64,000 bases of DNA from Candidatus Spongiisociaceae bacterium (lineage in GTDB: Bacteria; Actinomycetota; Acidimicrobiia; Spongiisociales; Spongiisociaceae): positions 2,272,001 through 2,336,000 of the forward strand of contig CBDCOH010000002.1 in the NCBI GenBank assembly GCA_965219685.1, in the 5' to 3' direction. The notes under the pieces were generated by a model. It did no database searches. It had not been told where the DNA came from and saw only the letters and a list, made by a program, of their open reading frames with translations. Below are positions 39,656 to 48,859 of this stretch, one piece after another. A program made the translations under genes and the position numbers. Position 1 is the first letter of the stretch. Each line of letters begins with the position of its first letter.

Positions 39656-40927
39656 CTACATGTAGGCCCTCAGATGGCTGGGCGCCCTTCTGGTGCCGTG
39701 CAGGGCTGCGTACTCCTCGATTATCGGCATCCTCTCGATCATCTCAGTCGCGAACTGGGAGGTCTTCACCTCGGTGGCGAACTTCATGAGCCGCGCCAAG
39801 TCGTACGTCACGATGCGATCGCCGATGACCGCCTCGAGGCTGGCCTCGATCAGATCGGCGGCCTCGACCCACCCCATGTAGCGGAACATGTTGGCCCCGG
39901 AGAGTATCAGGGAGCCGGGATTGACCTTGTCCAACCCCGCATACTTGGGTGCGGTGCCGTGGGTCGCTTCGAAGAGGGCGTGACCGGTGGTGTAGTTGAT
40001 GTTGCCTCCGGGGGCCAGCCCGATGCCGCCTACCTGGGCTGCGAGAGCGTCGGACAGATAGTCACCATTGAGGTTGGTGGTGGCGATGACGTCGTAGTTG
40101 GCGGGGCGGGTGAGGATCTGCTGGAGCATCGCGTCGGCGATCACGTCCTGAACAAGGATCTTGTCCCCCGGATCACCGCCGCTGTCCTCCCACGACACCG
40201 TCTCGTCGGGGAATTCCTCCCGCGCCACCTCGTATCCCCAGCTGCGAAAGGCTCCCTCCGTGAACTTCATTATGTTGCCCTTGTGGACCAGGGTCACAGA
40301 CCTGCGACCGAAGGTGATCGCATACCGGATCGCCGCCCTGACCAGACGCTTGGATCCGGTGACGGAGATCGGTTTGATGCCGATGCCCGAGTCCTCCCGG
40401 ATGTCCCACCCGTAGCACTCCGAAAGAAACGCGCGCAACCGGGCCGCGTCGAGCGTGCCCTGTTCCACTTCCTTGCCGGCGTAGACATCTTCGGTGTTCT
40501 CCCTGAAAATAACCATGTCAACCAGGTGCGGGGTCCGGATCGGGGACGGGATCCCCCGGAACCACCGGACCGGCCGGAGGCAAACGTAGAGATCAAGAGT
40601 CTGGCGGAGGGTGACATTCAGCGAGCGGATTCCTCCTCCCACCGGGGTGGTCAGAGGCCCCTTGATACCGACCAGATGAGACCACAGGACCTCGAGGGTC
40701 TCCCCCGGCAGCCACTCGCCCGAGCCTTCGTACGCCTTCTCGCCGGCCAGCACCTCGAGCCACTCGACACTCCGATCACCCAGGTAGACATGCTCCACCG
40801 CCGCGTCGAACACCCTTCGCGCCGCCGACCAGATATCGGGCCCGATCCCATCACCTTCTATAAAAGGGATGATCGGCTGATCGGGAACCACCAACCCGGC
40901 ATCCCCCATCGAGATACGTTCCGGCAT
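39656..40927 (-). CDS. icd: NADP-dependent isocitrate dehydrogenase
   Basis: [49 protein letters not shown]. Confidence 0.95.
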   Translation of the reverse strand: MPERISMGDAGLVVPDQPIIPFIEGDGIGPDIWSAARRVFDAAVEHVYLGDRSVEWLEVLAGEKAYEGSGEWLPGETLEVLWSHLVGIKGPLTTPVGGGIRSLNVTLRQTLDLYVCLRPVRWFRGIPSPIRTPHLVDMVIFRENTEDVYAGKEVEQGTLDAARLRAFLSECYGWDIREDSGIGIKPISVTGSKRLVRAAIRYAITFGRRSVTLVHKGNIMKFTEGAFRSWGYEVAREEFPDETVSWEDSGGDPGDKILVQDVIADAMLQQILTRPANYDVIATTNLNGDYLSDALAAQVGGIGLAPGGNINYTTGHALFEATHGTAPKYAGLDKVNPGSLILSGANMFRYMGWVEAADLIEASLEAVIGDRIVTYDLARLMKFATEVKTSQFATEMIERMPIIEEYAALHGTRRAPSHLRAYM

Positions 40928-41060
40928 AGACACTCCTGTAGTATTCCGGGTCGCCGAGCCTAGCGGTCTGCGCGCCGACAGAGCGCCCGTCGCGGTCCGC
41001 CGGGGACGCCACCTGGCACGACGCCGCGACGTCGCCGACCCTTCGGGATATCCTGCACCG

Positions 41061-42116
41061 ATGGTGCGTTCCCTGTGCGTCGCGGAGTTCCGGATCCCGC
41101 TCCGCCGCCCGTTCTCCAATGCACGCTCTGCGGTCTCCCATCGCCAGGTCGTGCTCGTAGGCGTCGAGGAGTCGGGAGTCACAGGCTGGGGTGAAGCGGC
41201 TCCGTACCCAGCCCTCACGCCGGAGAGCACCGATGACGTCTGGAGGGCTCTCCGGGACGAGGGACTCGCCATGCTCGGGGGCAAGGCGCCGGCGCTGCCT
41301 GCCACTGCAGCCGCCGCGTTCGACCAGGCCCTGGAGGATCTGGCGGCCCGGCGGGCAGGGGAGTCCCTCACCTCGCGCCTGGGCGGTTCGATACGCCCGG
41401 TCAGAGCCTGCGCGGCTGTCGGCCTGGAGGAGTCACCCGCCGAGACGGTAGATCAGGTGGGCCAGGCGGTCGAAGCGGGGATCCGGGAAGTGAAGATCAA
41501 GATCGAACCGGGTAGGGACCTCGACTACCTGCAAGCAGTGAGAGACCGGTATCCGGACCTGGCCGTAGCAGCCGATGCCAATGGCAGCTACCGGATCGGG
41601 GACCGGTTCCTCGATGTCGTGGACAGCCTCGCGCTCTCGTACCTGGAGCAGCCCCTTGCGCCAGGCCGTCTAGCCGGCCACGCCTCGCTGCGCGAACGTC
41701 TCGCCACACCGGTGTGCCTGGACGAATCGACGACTACTTCCGCCGGAGCGAGAGTGGCGATAGAAGACGGTGTGGCTGACATCATCAGCCTGAAACCGGG
41801 CCTCCTCGGCGTCTCGGCGGTGCGGCACCTGATGGAACGCGCCGAGCGAGCCGGGGTGGCGGTCAAGATCGGTGGTTTGGTGGAGACTTCGGTAGGGCGG
41901 GCTCACGCGCTGGCTCTCGCCACGAGCCCTTTGGTGCAGTTCACCGACCTGGTCCCGCCGCTGTGGCTGCTGGCCGGTGACGTGTCGCCCCACACTTGGC
42001 GACTCGTGGACGGCCACCTCTCCCCCGCGGAAGGACCCGGCCTGGGTGTCGCGGTCGATCCCTTGGCAGGAACCGGCGCCCGCTACCTGGTTCGTGCCGC
42101 GAGCGTTAGGTATTAG
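41061..42116 (+). CDS. menC: o-Succinylbenzoate synthase/NAAAR-like enolase superfamily protein
   Basis: KIKI, DANG, EQP, DES, KPG. Confidence 0.75.
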   Translation: MVRSLCVAEFRIPLRRPFSNARSAVSHRQVVLVGVEESGVTGWGEAAPYPALTPESTDDVWRALRDEGLAMLGGKAPALPATAAAAFDQALEDLAARRAGESLTSRLGGSIRPVRACAAVGLEESPAETVDQVGQAVEAGIREVKIKIEPGRDLDYLQAVRDRYPDLAVAADANGSYRIGDRFLDVVDSLALSYLEQPLAPGRLAGHASLRERLATPVCLDESTTTSAGARVAIEDGVADIISLKPGLLGVSAVRHLMERAERAGVAVKIGGLVETSVGRAHALALATSPLVQFTDLVPPLWLLAGDVSPHTWRLVDGHLSPAEGPGLGVAVDPLAGTGARYLVRAASVRY

Positions 42117-42201
42117 GTATTAGGTGTTAGGTAATGTTAACCTATGGGATTGATAGACTACTCACTACTCACTACTCACTACTCACCACTCACCACTCAC
42201 C
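42106..42201. repeat. Paired heptamer arrays: (TTAGGTR)x4 then (ACYACTC)x6
   Basis: Each array contains the stop codon of the convergent gene (menC, folD). Confidence 0.95.
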
Positions 42202-43056
42202 GCCGGCCCTGTTCTCTGCGGCGAGGGTCGTGTTGCGCATGAGCATGGCCACGGTCATCGGGCCCACGCCTCCGGGAACGGGGGTTATCGCGTCGGCGAC
42301 CCGCGCCACGTCCCGGAAGGCGACATCTCCCACGAGGCGACCGGAATCCGTGCGGTTGATCCCGACGTCTATGACCACCGCCCCCGGGCGGACGTGGTCG
42401 GACGTGATCATCTCGGGCCTGCCCACTGCCACCACCAGGATGTCCGCGCGGCGTGTCACCTCGGGAAGGGACCTCGTCCTCGAATGGGCGATGGTCACGG
42501 TGGCATCGACACCCCGGCTGGCCAGCAGCAGCGCCAACGGCCTACCAACCAGGAAGGACCTTCCCACCACCACGACATCGGCCCCCTGCACGGGGACGCC
42601 GTAGTGCTCGAGGATCCGCATGCAACCGCTCGGCGTGCATGGGACGAGACCGGGGCGGTCGAGCACGATCCTTCCCAGATTGGCGGGATGGAGGCCGTCC
42701 ACGTCCTTGACAGGATCGATTACCTGGGTGGCGGCTTGATCGTCGAGACCGGCCGGAAGCGGTAACTGCAGGAGTATCCCGTCGACCCTGCCGTCGTTGT
42801 TGAGGCCGTCCAGCAGGCCGGTTACCTCGCCCTGTGTGGCGTCGGCCCCTAGTTCATGGTGTACCGAACGGATGCCGGCCTCCGCGGCTCGACGGCGCTT
42901 GGAACGAACGTAGGTAGCCGAGGCCGGATCGTCGCCTACCAGAACGGTTGCCAGGGTCACGTCCTTGCCTGCTGCCGCGAGGGCCGCCACTCGGCCGCGG
43001 ACCTCGTCCAGAACCGCCGCGGCCACTAGTTTCCCATCAAGAACGGTTGCCGACAT
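42190..43056 (-). CDS. folD: Methylenetetrahydrofolate dehydrogenase/cyclohydrolase
   Basis: LVGDDPAS, LLQLPLP, KDVDGLHP, PCTP, TPVPGGVGPMT. Confidence 0.95.
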   Translation of the reverse strand: MSATVLDGKLVAAAVLDEVRGRVAALAAAGKDVTLATVLVGDDPASATYVRSKRRRAAEAGIRSVHHELGADATQGEVTGLLDGLNNDGRVDGILLQLPLPAGLDDQAATQVIDPVKDVDGLHPANLGRIVLDRPGLVPCTPSGCMRILEHYGVPVQGADVVVVGRSFLVGRPLALLLASRGVDATVTIAHSRTRSLPEVTRRADILVVAVGRPEMITSDHVRPGAVVIDVGINRTDSGRLVGDVAFRDVARVADAITPVPGGVGPMTVAMLMRNTTLAAENRAGGEW

Positions 43057-43125
43057 CACCTCTCCTATCGGTTCGTCCAACCGACGGCAAACGGTATCAA
43101 ACCGGCTGGCGCTTTGTCCGGGGGA

Positions 43126-44655
43126 TCAATGCCTGAACTGGCGTTCGCCGGTGAACACCATCGAGAGGCCCAGGGCATCGGCTGCCTCGATCACCACCCG
43201 GTCGCTGACCGACCCGCCCGGCTGCACCACGGTGGTGACCCCCGCTGCCGCCGCCGCCTCGACACCATCCGGGAAGGGGAAGAAGCCATCGGATGCGCAC
43301 ACCCCTCCCACTACCCTCCCCCCGGCCTTGGCCGACGCCATGTCGACCGCACCCACCCGGTCCTTGTGTCCACCCGCGATCCCCCATGCGGTCCCGTCCT
43401 TCGCCATGACGACGGCGTTGGAAGAGACGTAGGCGCAAACAGCCCACGCGAACGCCGCGTCCGCATGCTCGCCTGGAGTCGGCTTCCGCCCGGTGACCAC
43501 ACTCCAGTCCCGGGGTCGAGTGGGAAAACCGGGGGAGGCCTGGACCAACCAGCCACCCTCGATCTGGCGGACGGTTCGTGGGGGGGAATCCGGTGCGGGC
43601 GCCTCGAGGATGCGGGTACCTGCCCTCCGCGCACGGATCCGGTCTATCACGCCGTCGGCGAACCCGGGAGCGATGACCACGTCGGCCTGTGGCGATTGCT
43701 CCAAGCATGCCACCGTCTCGGTGTCCATCACCCTGTTGACGGCCACCACCCCTCCGAAGGAGGCGCGTCGATCACACTCGATCGCCCTGCCGTAGGCATC
43801 AGCCAGATCCACTCTCACCGCCACACCGCACGGGGCCGCATGTTTGATCACCGCCACCGCCGGGCGACCACCCAGATCGTGCACCAGCGCCCAGGCAGCC
43901 CCCGCATCCAGAAGGTTCAGGTAACTGAGCGGGACTCCCCCGTGCTGGATGGTGCGGTCCCACCACTCGGAGCCGCCCGCACCCTTCCCGCCCATCCGGC
44001 GGTACCGGGCCCCGGGCTGGTGGGGGTTCTCGCCGTAGCGGAGCGGGTCCGCCCGCTCCAGCGTGATGTGCAGGGTCGGTGGGAGCACCGGAGGACTTCC
44101 CTCCGAGTCATCGAACCAGGCCACGATCGCAGAGTCGTACGCCGCCGTCCGGGCAAAGGCCGTGCGGGCCAGGCTCCGCCTGGTCGCAAGGGACAGTTCC
44201 CCGGTCGAGCGCAGTTCGTCGAGCACCCTCCCATAGTCACCGGGATCGACCACCACCCCTACATGGGCATGGTTCTTGGCCGCGGCCCTTACGAGGGCAG
44301 GACCACCGATGTCGATCATCTCGACGCCCGGCGCCTTGGCGAACGGGTACAGGTTGACCACCACCAGGTCGATGGGATCGATGCGGTGCTCCTCCAGTTC
44401 GGCCACATGCGCAGGATCGTTGCGCTCGGCAAGTATCCCCCCGTGGATCCGCGGATGGAGGGTCACGACCCTGTGTCCCAGCATGGGCGGGCTCCCGGTG
44501 TGGTCGGCCACATCGGTGACCTCCAAGCCTGCCCCCTCGAGCACGCGGGCCGTGCCGCCGCTGCTGAGCAGGTCCCATCCCAACCCGGACAATCCGGCGG
44601 CCAGTTCCACCACACCGCTCTTGTCGTAGACCGACAGCAGCGCCCTGCGTCTCAC
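43126..44655 (-). CDS. purH: Bifunctional AICAR transformylase/IMP cyclohydrolase
   Basis: ALLSVYDK, TLHPRIHGG, DIGGP, LRYGENPHQ, ASDGFFPF. Confidence 0.95.
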   Translation of the reverse strand: MRRRALLSVYDKSGVVELAAGLSGLGWDLLSSGGTARVLEGAGLEVTDVADHTGSPPMLGHRVVTLHPRIHGGILAERNDPAHVAELEEHRIDPIDLVVVNLYPFAKAPGVEMIDIGGPALVRAAAKNHAHVGVVVDPGDYGRVLDELRSTGELSLATRRSLARTAFARTAAYDSAIVAWFDDSEGSPPVLPPTLHITLERADPLRYGENPHQPGARYRRMGGKGAGGSEWWDRTIQHGGVPLSYLNLLDAGAAWALVHDLGGRPAVAVIKHAAPCGVAVRVDLADAYGRAIECDRRASFGGVVAVNRVMDTETVACLEQSPQADVVIAPGFADGVIDRIRARRAGTRILEAPAPDSPPRTVRQIEGGWLVQASPGFPTRPRDWSVVTGRKPTPGEHADAAFAWAVCAYVSSNAVVMAKDGTAWGIAGGHKDRVGAVDMASAKAGGRVVGGVCASDGFFPFPDGVEAAAAAGVTTVVQPGGSVSDRVVIEAADALGLSMVFTGERQFRH

Positions 44656-44699
44656 GACCCGACCTCGACGGCGGGCATCACATCACTCCCGAGGCCATG

Positions 44700-45584
44700 T
44701 CAGAGGTCTTTCACCACCTCCACCATCAGAGCTCCCGCCTCGGTGGGGTTGGCGCCGACCCTGACCCCCGCCGCCCGAAGGGCTTCGATTTTCGCCTTGG
44801 CCGTCCCCTTGCCCCCTGAGACGATTGCCCCTGCATGACCCATCTTCTTGCCGGGAGGCGCCGTGATTCCGGCCACGTAGGCGACCACCGGCTTCGTCAT
44901 GCGAGCACTGATGAACTCGGCGGCCTCCTCCTCGGCCGAACCACCGATCTCGCCGATCATCATGACCGCCTCGGTCTCAGGATCATCCTCGAAGGCGGCC
45001 AGGCAGTCGGTGAACGAAGTGCCGGGTACGGGGTCACCGCCGATACCCACACATGTGGTTACGCCGATCCCGTTGAGCTTCAACTCGTAGAGGGCCTGGT
45101 AGGTGAGGGTTCCCGAGCGGCTCACGATCCCCACTGGACCCCCCGCGAGGGCGATGTGCCCGGCGGTTATGCCTATGTTGGCCCTGCCGGGACTGATGAT
45201 GCCCGGGCAGTTGGGACCGATCACGCGCACATCCGGATGATCGCGCAGCATCTTGTTGCAGAGCCACGCCTCGTCCTTGGCCGGAACTCCCTCGGTGATG
45301 ACCACCACAAGCCTCACACCCCCCTCGGCCGCTTCCACGACTGCCCCCCTGACGAACGGCGCCGGGATGAACAGGCAGGACACGTCGGCGCCGGTCGCCT
45401 CCACCGCGTCGGCAACCGTGGCGAACACCGGGATCCCGTCCACGTCCGACCCGGCCTTGAAGGGGTTGGTCCCGGCCACGACCTTGGTGCCGTAGTCCCT
45501 GTTTCGCAGTCCGTAGAACCGTCCCTGCCGCCCCGTGAGGCCCTGGTAGACGACCCGGCTGTCGCCGTCCACCCAGATGCTCAC
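44700..45584 (-). CDS. sucD: Succinyl-CoA synthetase alpha subunit
   Basis: [25 protein letters not shown]. Confidence 0.95.
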   Translation of the reverse strand: MSIWVDGDSRVVYQGLTGRQGRFYGLRNRDYGTKVVAGTNPFKAGSDVDGIPVFATVADAVEATGADVSCLFIPAPFVRGAVVEAAEGGVRLVVVITEGVPAKDEAWLCNKMLRDHPDVRVIGPNCPGIISPGRANIGITAGHIALAGGPVGIVSRSGTLTYQALYELKLNGIGVTTCVGIGGDPVPGTSFTDCLAAFEDDPETEAVMMIGEIGGSAEEEAAEFISARMTKPVVAYVAGITAPPGKKMGHAGAIVSGGKGTAKAKIEALRAAGVRVGANPTEAGALMVEVVKDL

Positions 45585-46729
45585 GACCCGCCTCCTGCCA
45601 GTTCCACCGCCTTGGCCGCCCCCGCCGGCATCGAGTCGGCCAGCATCAGCATCTCCGACAGCCGGGATGCGATCATGGCGCGGCCCTGCTCGGCGTTCGT
45701 ACCGTCAAGACGCAGGACGATCGGCGACCTCATCTCCACCCTGTCCAGCGCTTCGAGGATGCCCTGGGCTACCACCTCCCCCTTGACTATGCCCCCGAAG
45801 ATGTTGATGAAGATCGCCCGCACCGCGGGGTCGTTGTTGATCACCTCGAGGGCGCCCGCCATGGTGTCCACATCCGCCCCTCCTCCTATATCGAGGAAGT
45901 TGGCGGCCGCACCGCCCGCCTGCGCGACCACATCGACAGTGCTCATGGCCAGTCCCGCCCCGTTGGCGATCACCCCGACCGCGCCGTCGAGACCCACGTA
46001 CTGCAGTCCGCGCCCGTGGGCCGCGGTCTCCCGCTCATCCCTGGGCTGGGTGGCGTCGTACTCCTCGTACTCGGGATGCCGGAAGCGGGAGTTGGCGTCC
46101 AGGGTGACCTTGGCGTCGAGGACCCGGACGCGTCCGTCCGGGGTGAGGATGAGGGGATTGATCTCCACCAGGTCGGCGTCGCCTTCCACGAAGGCCTCGT
46201 AAAGCTTGAGCAATACCTCCACCAGTTCGTCGGCGGCCGTCTCATCGAGGCGAGCGGATGCGACCCACCTGCGTGCCTCCGCTTCGCTCAGACCCTCGAC
46301 GGGATCAACCCACACTTTGGCGATGCTGTCGGGATCCGACTCCGCCACGGCCTCGATGTCCACCCCTCCCCGTGCGGACAGGATCCCCAGATACCGGCGG
46401 GCGGAGCGGTCCAGCGTGAAACTGGCGTAATACTCGGCAGCGATCTGCGCGGCTTCCTCCATGAGCACGCACCCCACCGTGTGCCCCCCGATGTCCATGC
46501 CCAGGATGGACTCGGTGGCGGTCACCACTTCGCCCGCGTCCCTGGCCAGCTTGATCCCGCCGGCCTTGCCCCTTCCCCCGATGTGAACTTGAGCTTTGAC
46601 AACTACGGGATAGCCGAGCCTCTCCGCGATCTCACGGGCCTCTGAGGCGCCGAGGGCCACGAATCCCGGGGACACGGGAAGCCCGTGGCTGGCGAAGAAC
46701 TCTTTTCCCTGGTATTCGAGAAGATCCAC
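45581..46729 (-). CDS. sucC: Succinyl-CoA synthetase beta subunit
   Basis: DLLEYQGK, GGRGKAGG, EINPL, NGAGLAM, ANFLDIGGG. Confidence 0.95.
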   Translation of the reverse strand: MDLLEYQGKEFFASHGLPVSPGFVALGASEAREIAERLGYPVVVKAQVHIGGRGKAGGIKLARDAGEVVTATESILGMDIGGHTVGCVLMEEAAQIAAEYYASFTLDRSARRYLGILSARGGVDIEAVAESDPDSIAKVWVDPVEGLSEAEARRWVASARLDETAADELVEVLLKLYEAFVEGDADLVEINPLILTPDGRVRVLDAKVTLDANSRFRHPEYEEYDATQPRDERETAAHGRGLQYVGLDGAVGVIANGAGLAMSTVDVVAQAGGAAANFLDIGGGADVDTMAGALEVINNDPAVRAIFINIFGGIVKGEVVAQGILEALDRVEMRSPIVLRLDGTNAEQGRAMIASRLSEMLMLADSMPAGAAKAVELAGGGS

Positions 46730-46842
46730 GGAGCGTGATTCTATCCGAGTGTCAGGCGGCATCCATCGGTGAAGGCGATCACCACCTTGTCCACCTAAAA
46801 CCGCCGGAGACGGTCCAGCCCGTCCTACGGAACGGGTCCCGG

Positions 46843-46993
46843 TCAGACCCGGATTACCTCCAGTTCATCGAGCAAAGGGAAGTCGTCGTCCTGGGTGACA
46901 ACGGCCACATCGAGCGCCACGCCCTCACCGCAATCCAACGAGTCGTTGACCGGCATCCGTCAAGACCGACGTGGCCGCGAGCCCCCGGCTCAC
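46843..46993 (-). pseudogene. vapC: vapC remnant with large internal deletion
   Basis: N-terminal VSRGLAATSV joined out of frame to C-terminal RMPVNDS...VVTQDDDFPLLDELEVIRV*; only 151 bp remain. Confidence 0.7.
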
Positions 46994-47135
46994 CTCCACG
47001 GAAGATCGTCGGTGGTTTCGCCGGCCGGCCGGGCAAGATCCTCGGTCAGGCCGGCATCGGTCTGGTGGATCAGAATCTCGCGGACAAATCGGTCTCGCGA
47101 CATCCAAGTCGGTCGCTGGGGGACGGGCGACAATT
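46990..47135 (-). pseudogene. vapB: vapB (VapB5-like) C-terminal remnant
   Basis: AELSPVPQRPTWMSRDRF...QTDAGLTEDLARPAGETTDDL; GTGA overlap with the vapC remnant; N-terminal domain absent. Confidence 0.65.
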
Positions 47136-47156
47136 CGGCCCCCGGCCCTTCGCTGC

Positions 47157-47549
47157 TCAGCGGGTCCTCACGTTCGACTCCACCCATCCGGTCACCTCGG
47201 CGAGGGGGGTTCCGGGAGTGAAAATGGCCCCCATTCCCTGCTCCTTGAGCCGCTCGGCATCGTGATCGGGCACTATCCCACCGCCGAACACGACGATGTC
47301 ATCGATGGCCTGCGCCCTCAGCAACTCGACGACCGCGGGAAAGAGGGTCATGTGGGCCCCCGAGAGAGTGGACAGACCGATAGCATCGACATCTTCGTGG
47401 ATGGCCGTCTCGACGATCTGCGCGGGAGTCTGGTGCAACCCCGTGTAGATAACCTCGTTACCGGCGTCCCTCAAGGCTCTGGCCACCACCTTGGCGCCGC
47501 GGTCGTGACCGTCCAATCCCGGCTTGGCGATCAGGATGCGCCTGGGCAC
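47157..47549 (-). CDS. Methylmalonyl-CoA mutase cobalamin-binding subunit
   Basis: AKPGLDGHDRGAK, LSTLSGAH, FGGGIVP. Confidence 0.92.
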   Translation of the reverse strand: MPRRILIAKPGLDGHDRGAKVVARALRDAGNEVIYTGLHQTPAQIVETAIHEDVDAIGLSTLSGAHMTLFPAVVELLRAQAIDDIVVFGGGIVPDHDAERLKEQGMGAIFTPGTPLAEVTGWVESNVRTR

Positions 47550-47559
47550 CGTCCGGTCC

Positions 47560-48708
47560 TCACGTCCCCGGCCCGGAACGCGAACCGGCGGCTGACATCG
47601 CCTCTCGTTTCCGCTCGATGTCGCCGATCATCTCGCGGAACGAGTCCACGAAGCTCCCTACTCCCTGCCGCTCCAGCTTGGCGGCCACATCGTCGTAGTC
47701 GATCCCCACCGCCTCGAGGTCCTTGAGAACCAACACCCCATCGTTCATCTGCCGGACGCCGAGCGCCTCGGGCCGGTCGGGGCCGTGGTCCTCGTAGGCG
47801 GCCAGGGCCGACTCGGGCAGGGTGTTGATGGTCTCGGGCGCCACGAGCGTATCTATGTAGAGGGTGTCTGAGTAGTCGGGGTTCTTGGTCGACGTGGACG
47901 CCCACAGGGGCTTCTGCACCCGGGCCCCGAGACGGCACAGTTCGTGCCAGCGATCCGACGAGAAGGCTCTCAGGAACTCGAGATAAGCGACCCGGGCGTT
48001 GGCCACGGCGGCCCGACCTCGGAGCGCGAGCGCCTCGGGCGTTCCGATCGTCTCCAGCCGCGAGTCAACCTCGGTGTCGAATCGCGATACGAAGAACGAA
48101 GCAACCGATGTGACCGCCGCCGGACGCCCGCCCGCCCGGACGAACCTCTCCAGACCGGTGAGGTACGCGTCGATGACGGACTCGTACCGGTCGAGGGAGA
48201 AGATGAGCGTGACGTTCACGGAAATCCCCTCTGCGATCAGATCCTCGACCGCGGTTACGCCCTCCTTCGTGGCGGGTACCTTGATCAGCAGGTTGGGCCG
48301 GTTGACCCGCTTCACCCAGTCCCGCGCCTCCTCGACGGTGGGCGCCGGGTCGTGCGCCAACTCCGGAGACACTTCAACCGAGACGAAACCGTCCAGCCCC
48401 CCCGTCCTGCGATGGACGGGCTCCAAGACATCGCAGGCCCGGCGGATGTCGCTGGTTACCACCGCCGTGTAGATCTCGTCGACGCTCGCGTCGCGCTCCA
48501 CGAGGTCACCGATCTGGGCGTCGTAGGAGTCACCCGACGTCACCGCCTTGGCGAAGATGGTCGGATTGGAGGTGACACCGCTGATCGCCCTGCCCAGGTA
48601 GCGATCGAGTTCCCGCGACTCGAGCATCTCCCTGGAGATCGAGTCGAGCCAGACCGATTGGCCCAGCCCCGCGAGGTTGTGAAGCCTGGAGTTACTGCTC
48701 CCCGACAC
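47560..48708 (-). CDS. tal: Transaldolase
   Basis: GQSVWLD, GVTSNPTIF, IKVPAT, NVTLIFS, LWASTSTK. Confidence 0.95.
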   Translation of the reverse strand: MSGSSNSRLHNLAGLGQSVWLDSISREMLESRELDRYLGRAISGVTSNPTIFAKAVTSGDSYDAQIGDLVERDASVDEIYTAVVTSDIRRACDVLEPVHRRTGGLDGFVSVEVSPELAHDPAPTVEEARDWVKRVNRPNLLIKVPATKEGVTAVEDLIAEGISVNVTLIFSLDRYESVIDAYLTGLERFVRAGGRPAAVTSVASFFVSRFDTEVDSRLETIGTPEALALRGRAAVANARVAYLEFLRAFSSDRWHELCRLGARVQKPLWASTSTKNPDYSDTLYIDTLVAPETINTLPESALAAYEDHGPDRPEALGVRQMNDGVLVLKDLEAVGIDYDDVAAKLERQGVGSFVDSFREMIGDIERKREAMSAAGSRSGPGT

Positions 48709-48859
48709 TTTCGTACCTCCCTATGGTCAGCCCTGCCGCGGCCCCACCTCCGGCTTGGCCCCGGCCTCGACGCCGTTGACCCCACGCTAGGGCGTGTTCA
48801 CTCTACCGGCTCCGTCCACTTTGTAAGTCCGATCACGGAGTCCGCCTCCCGGGAGGCGG

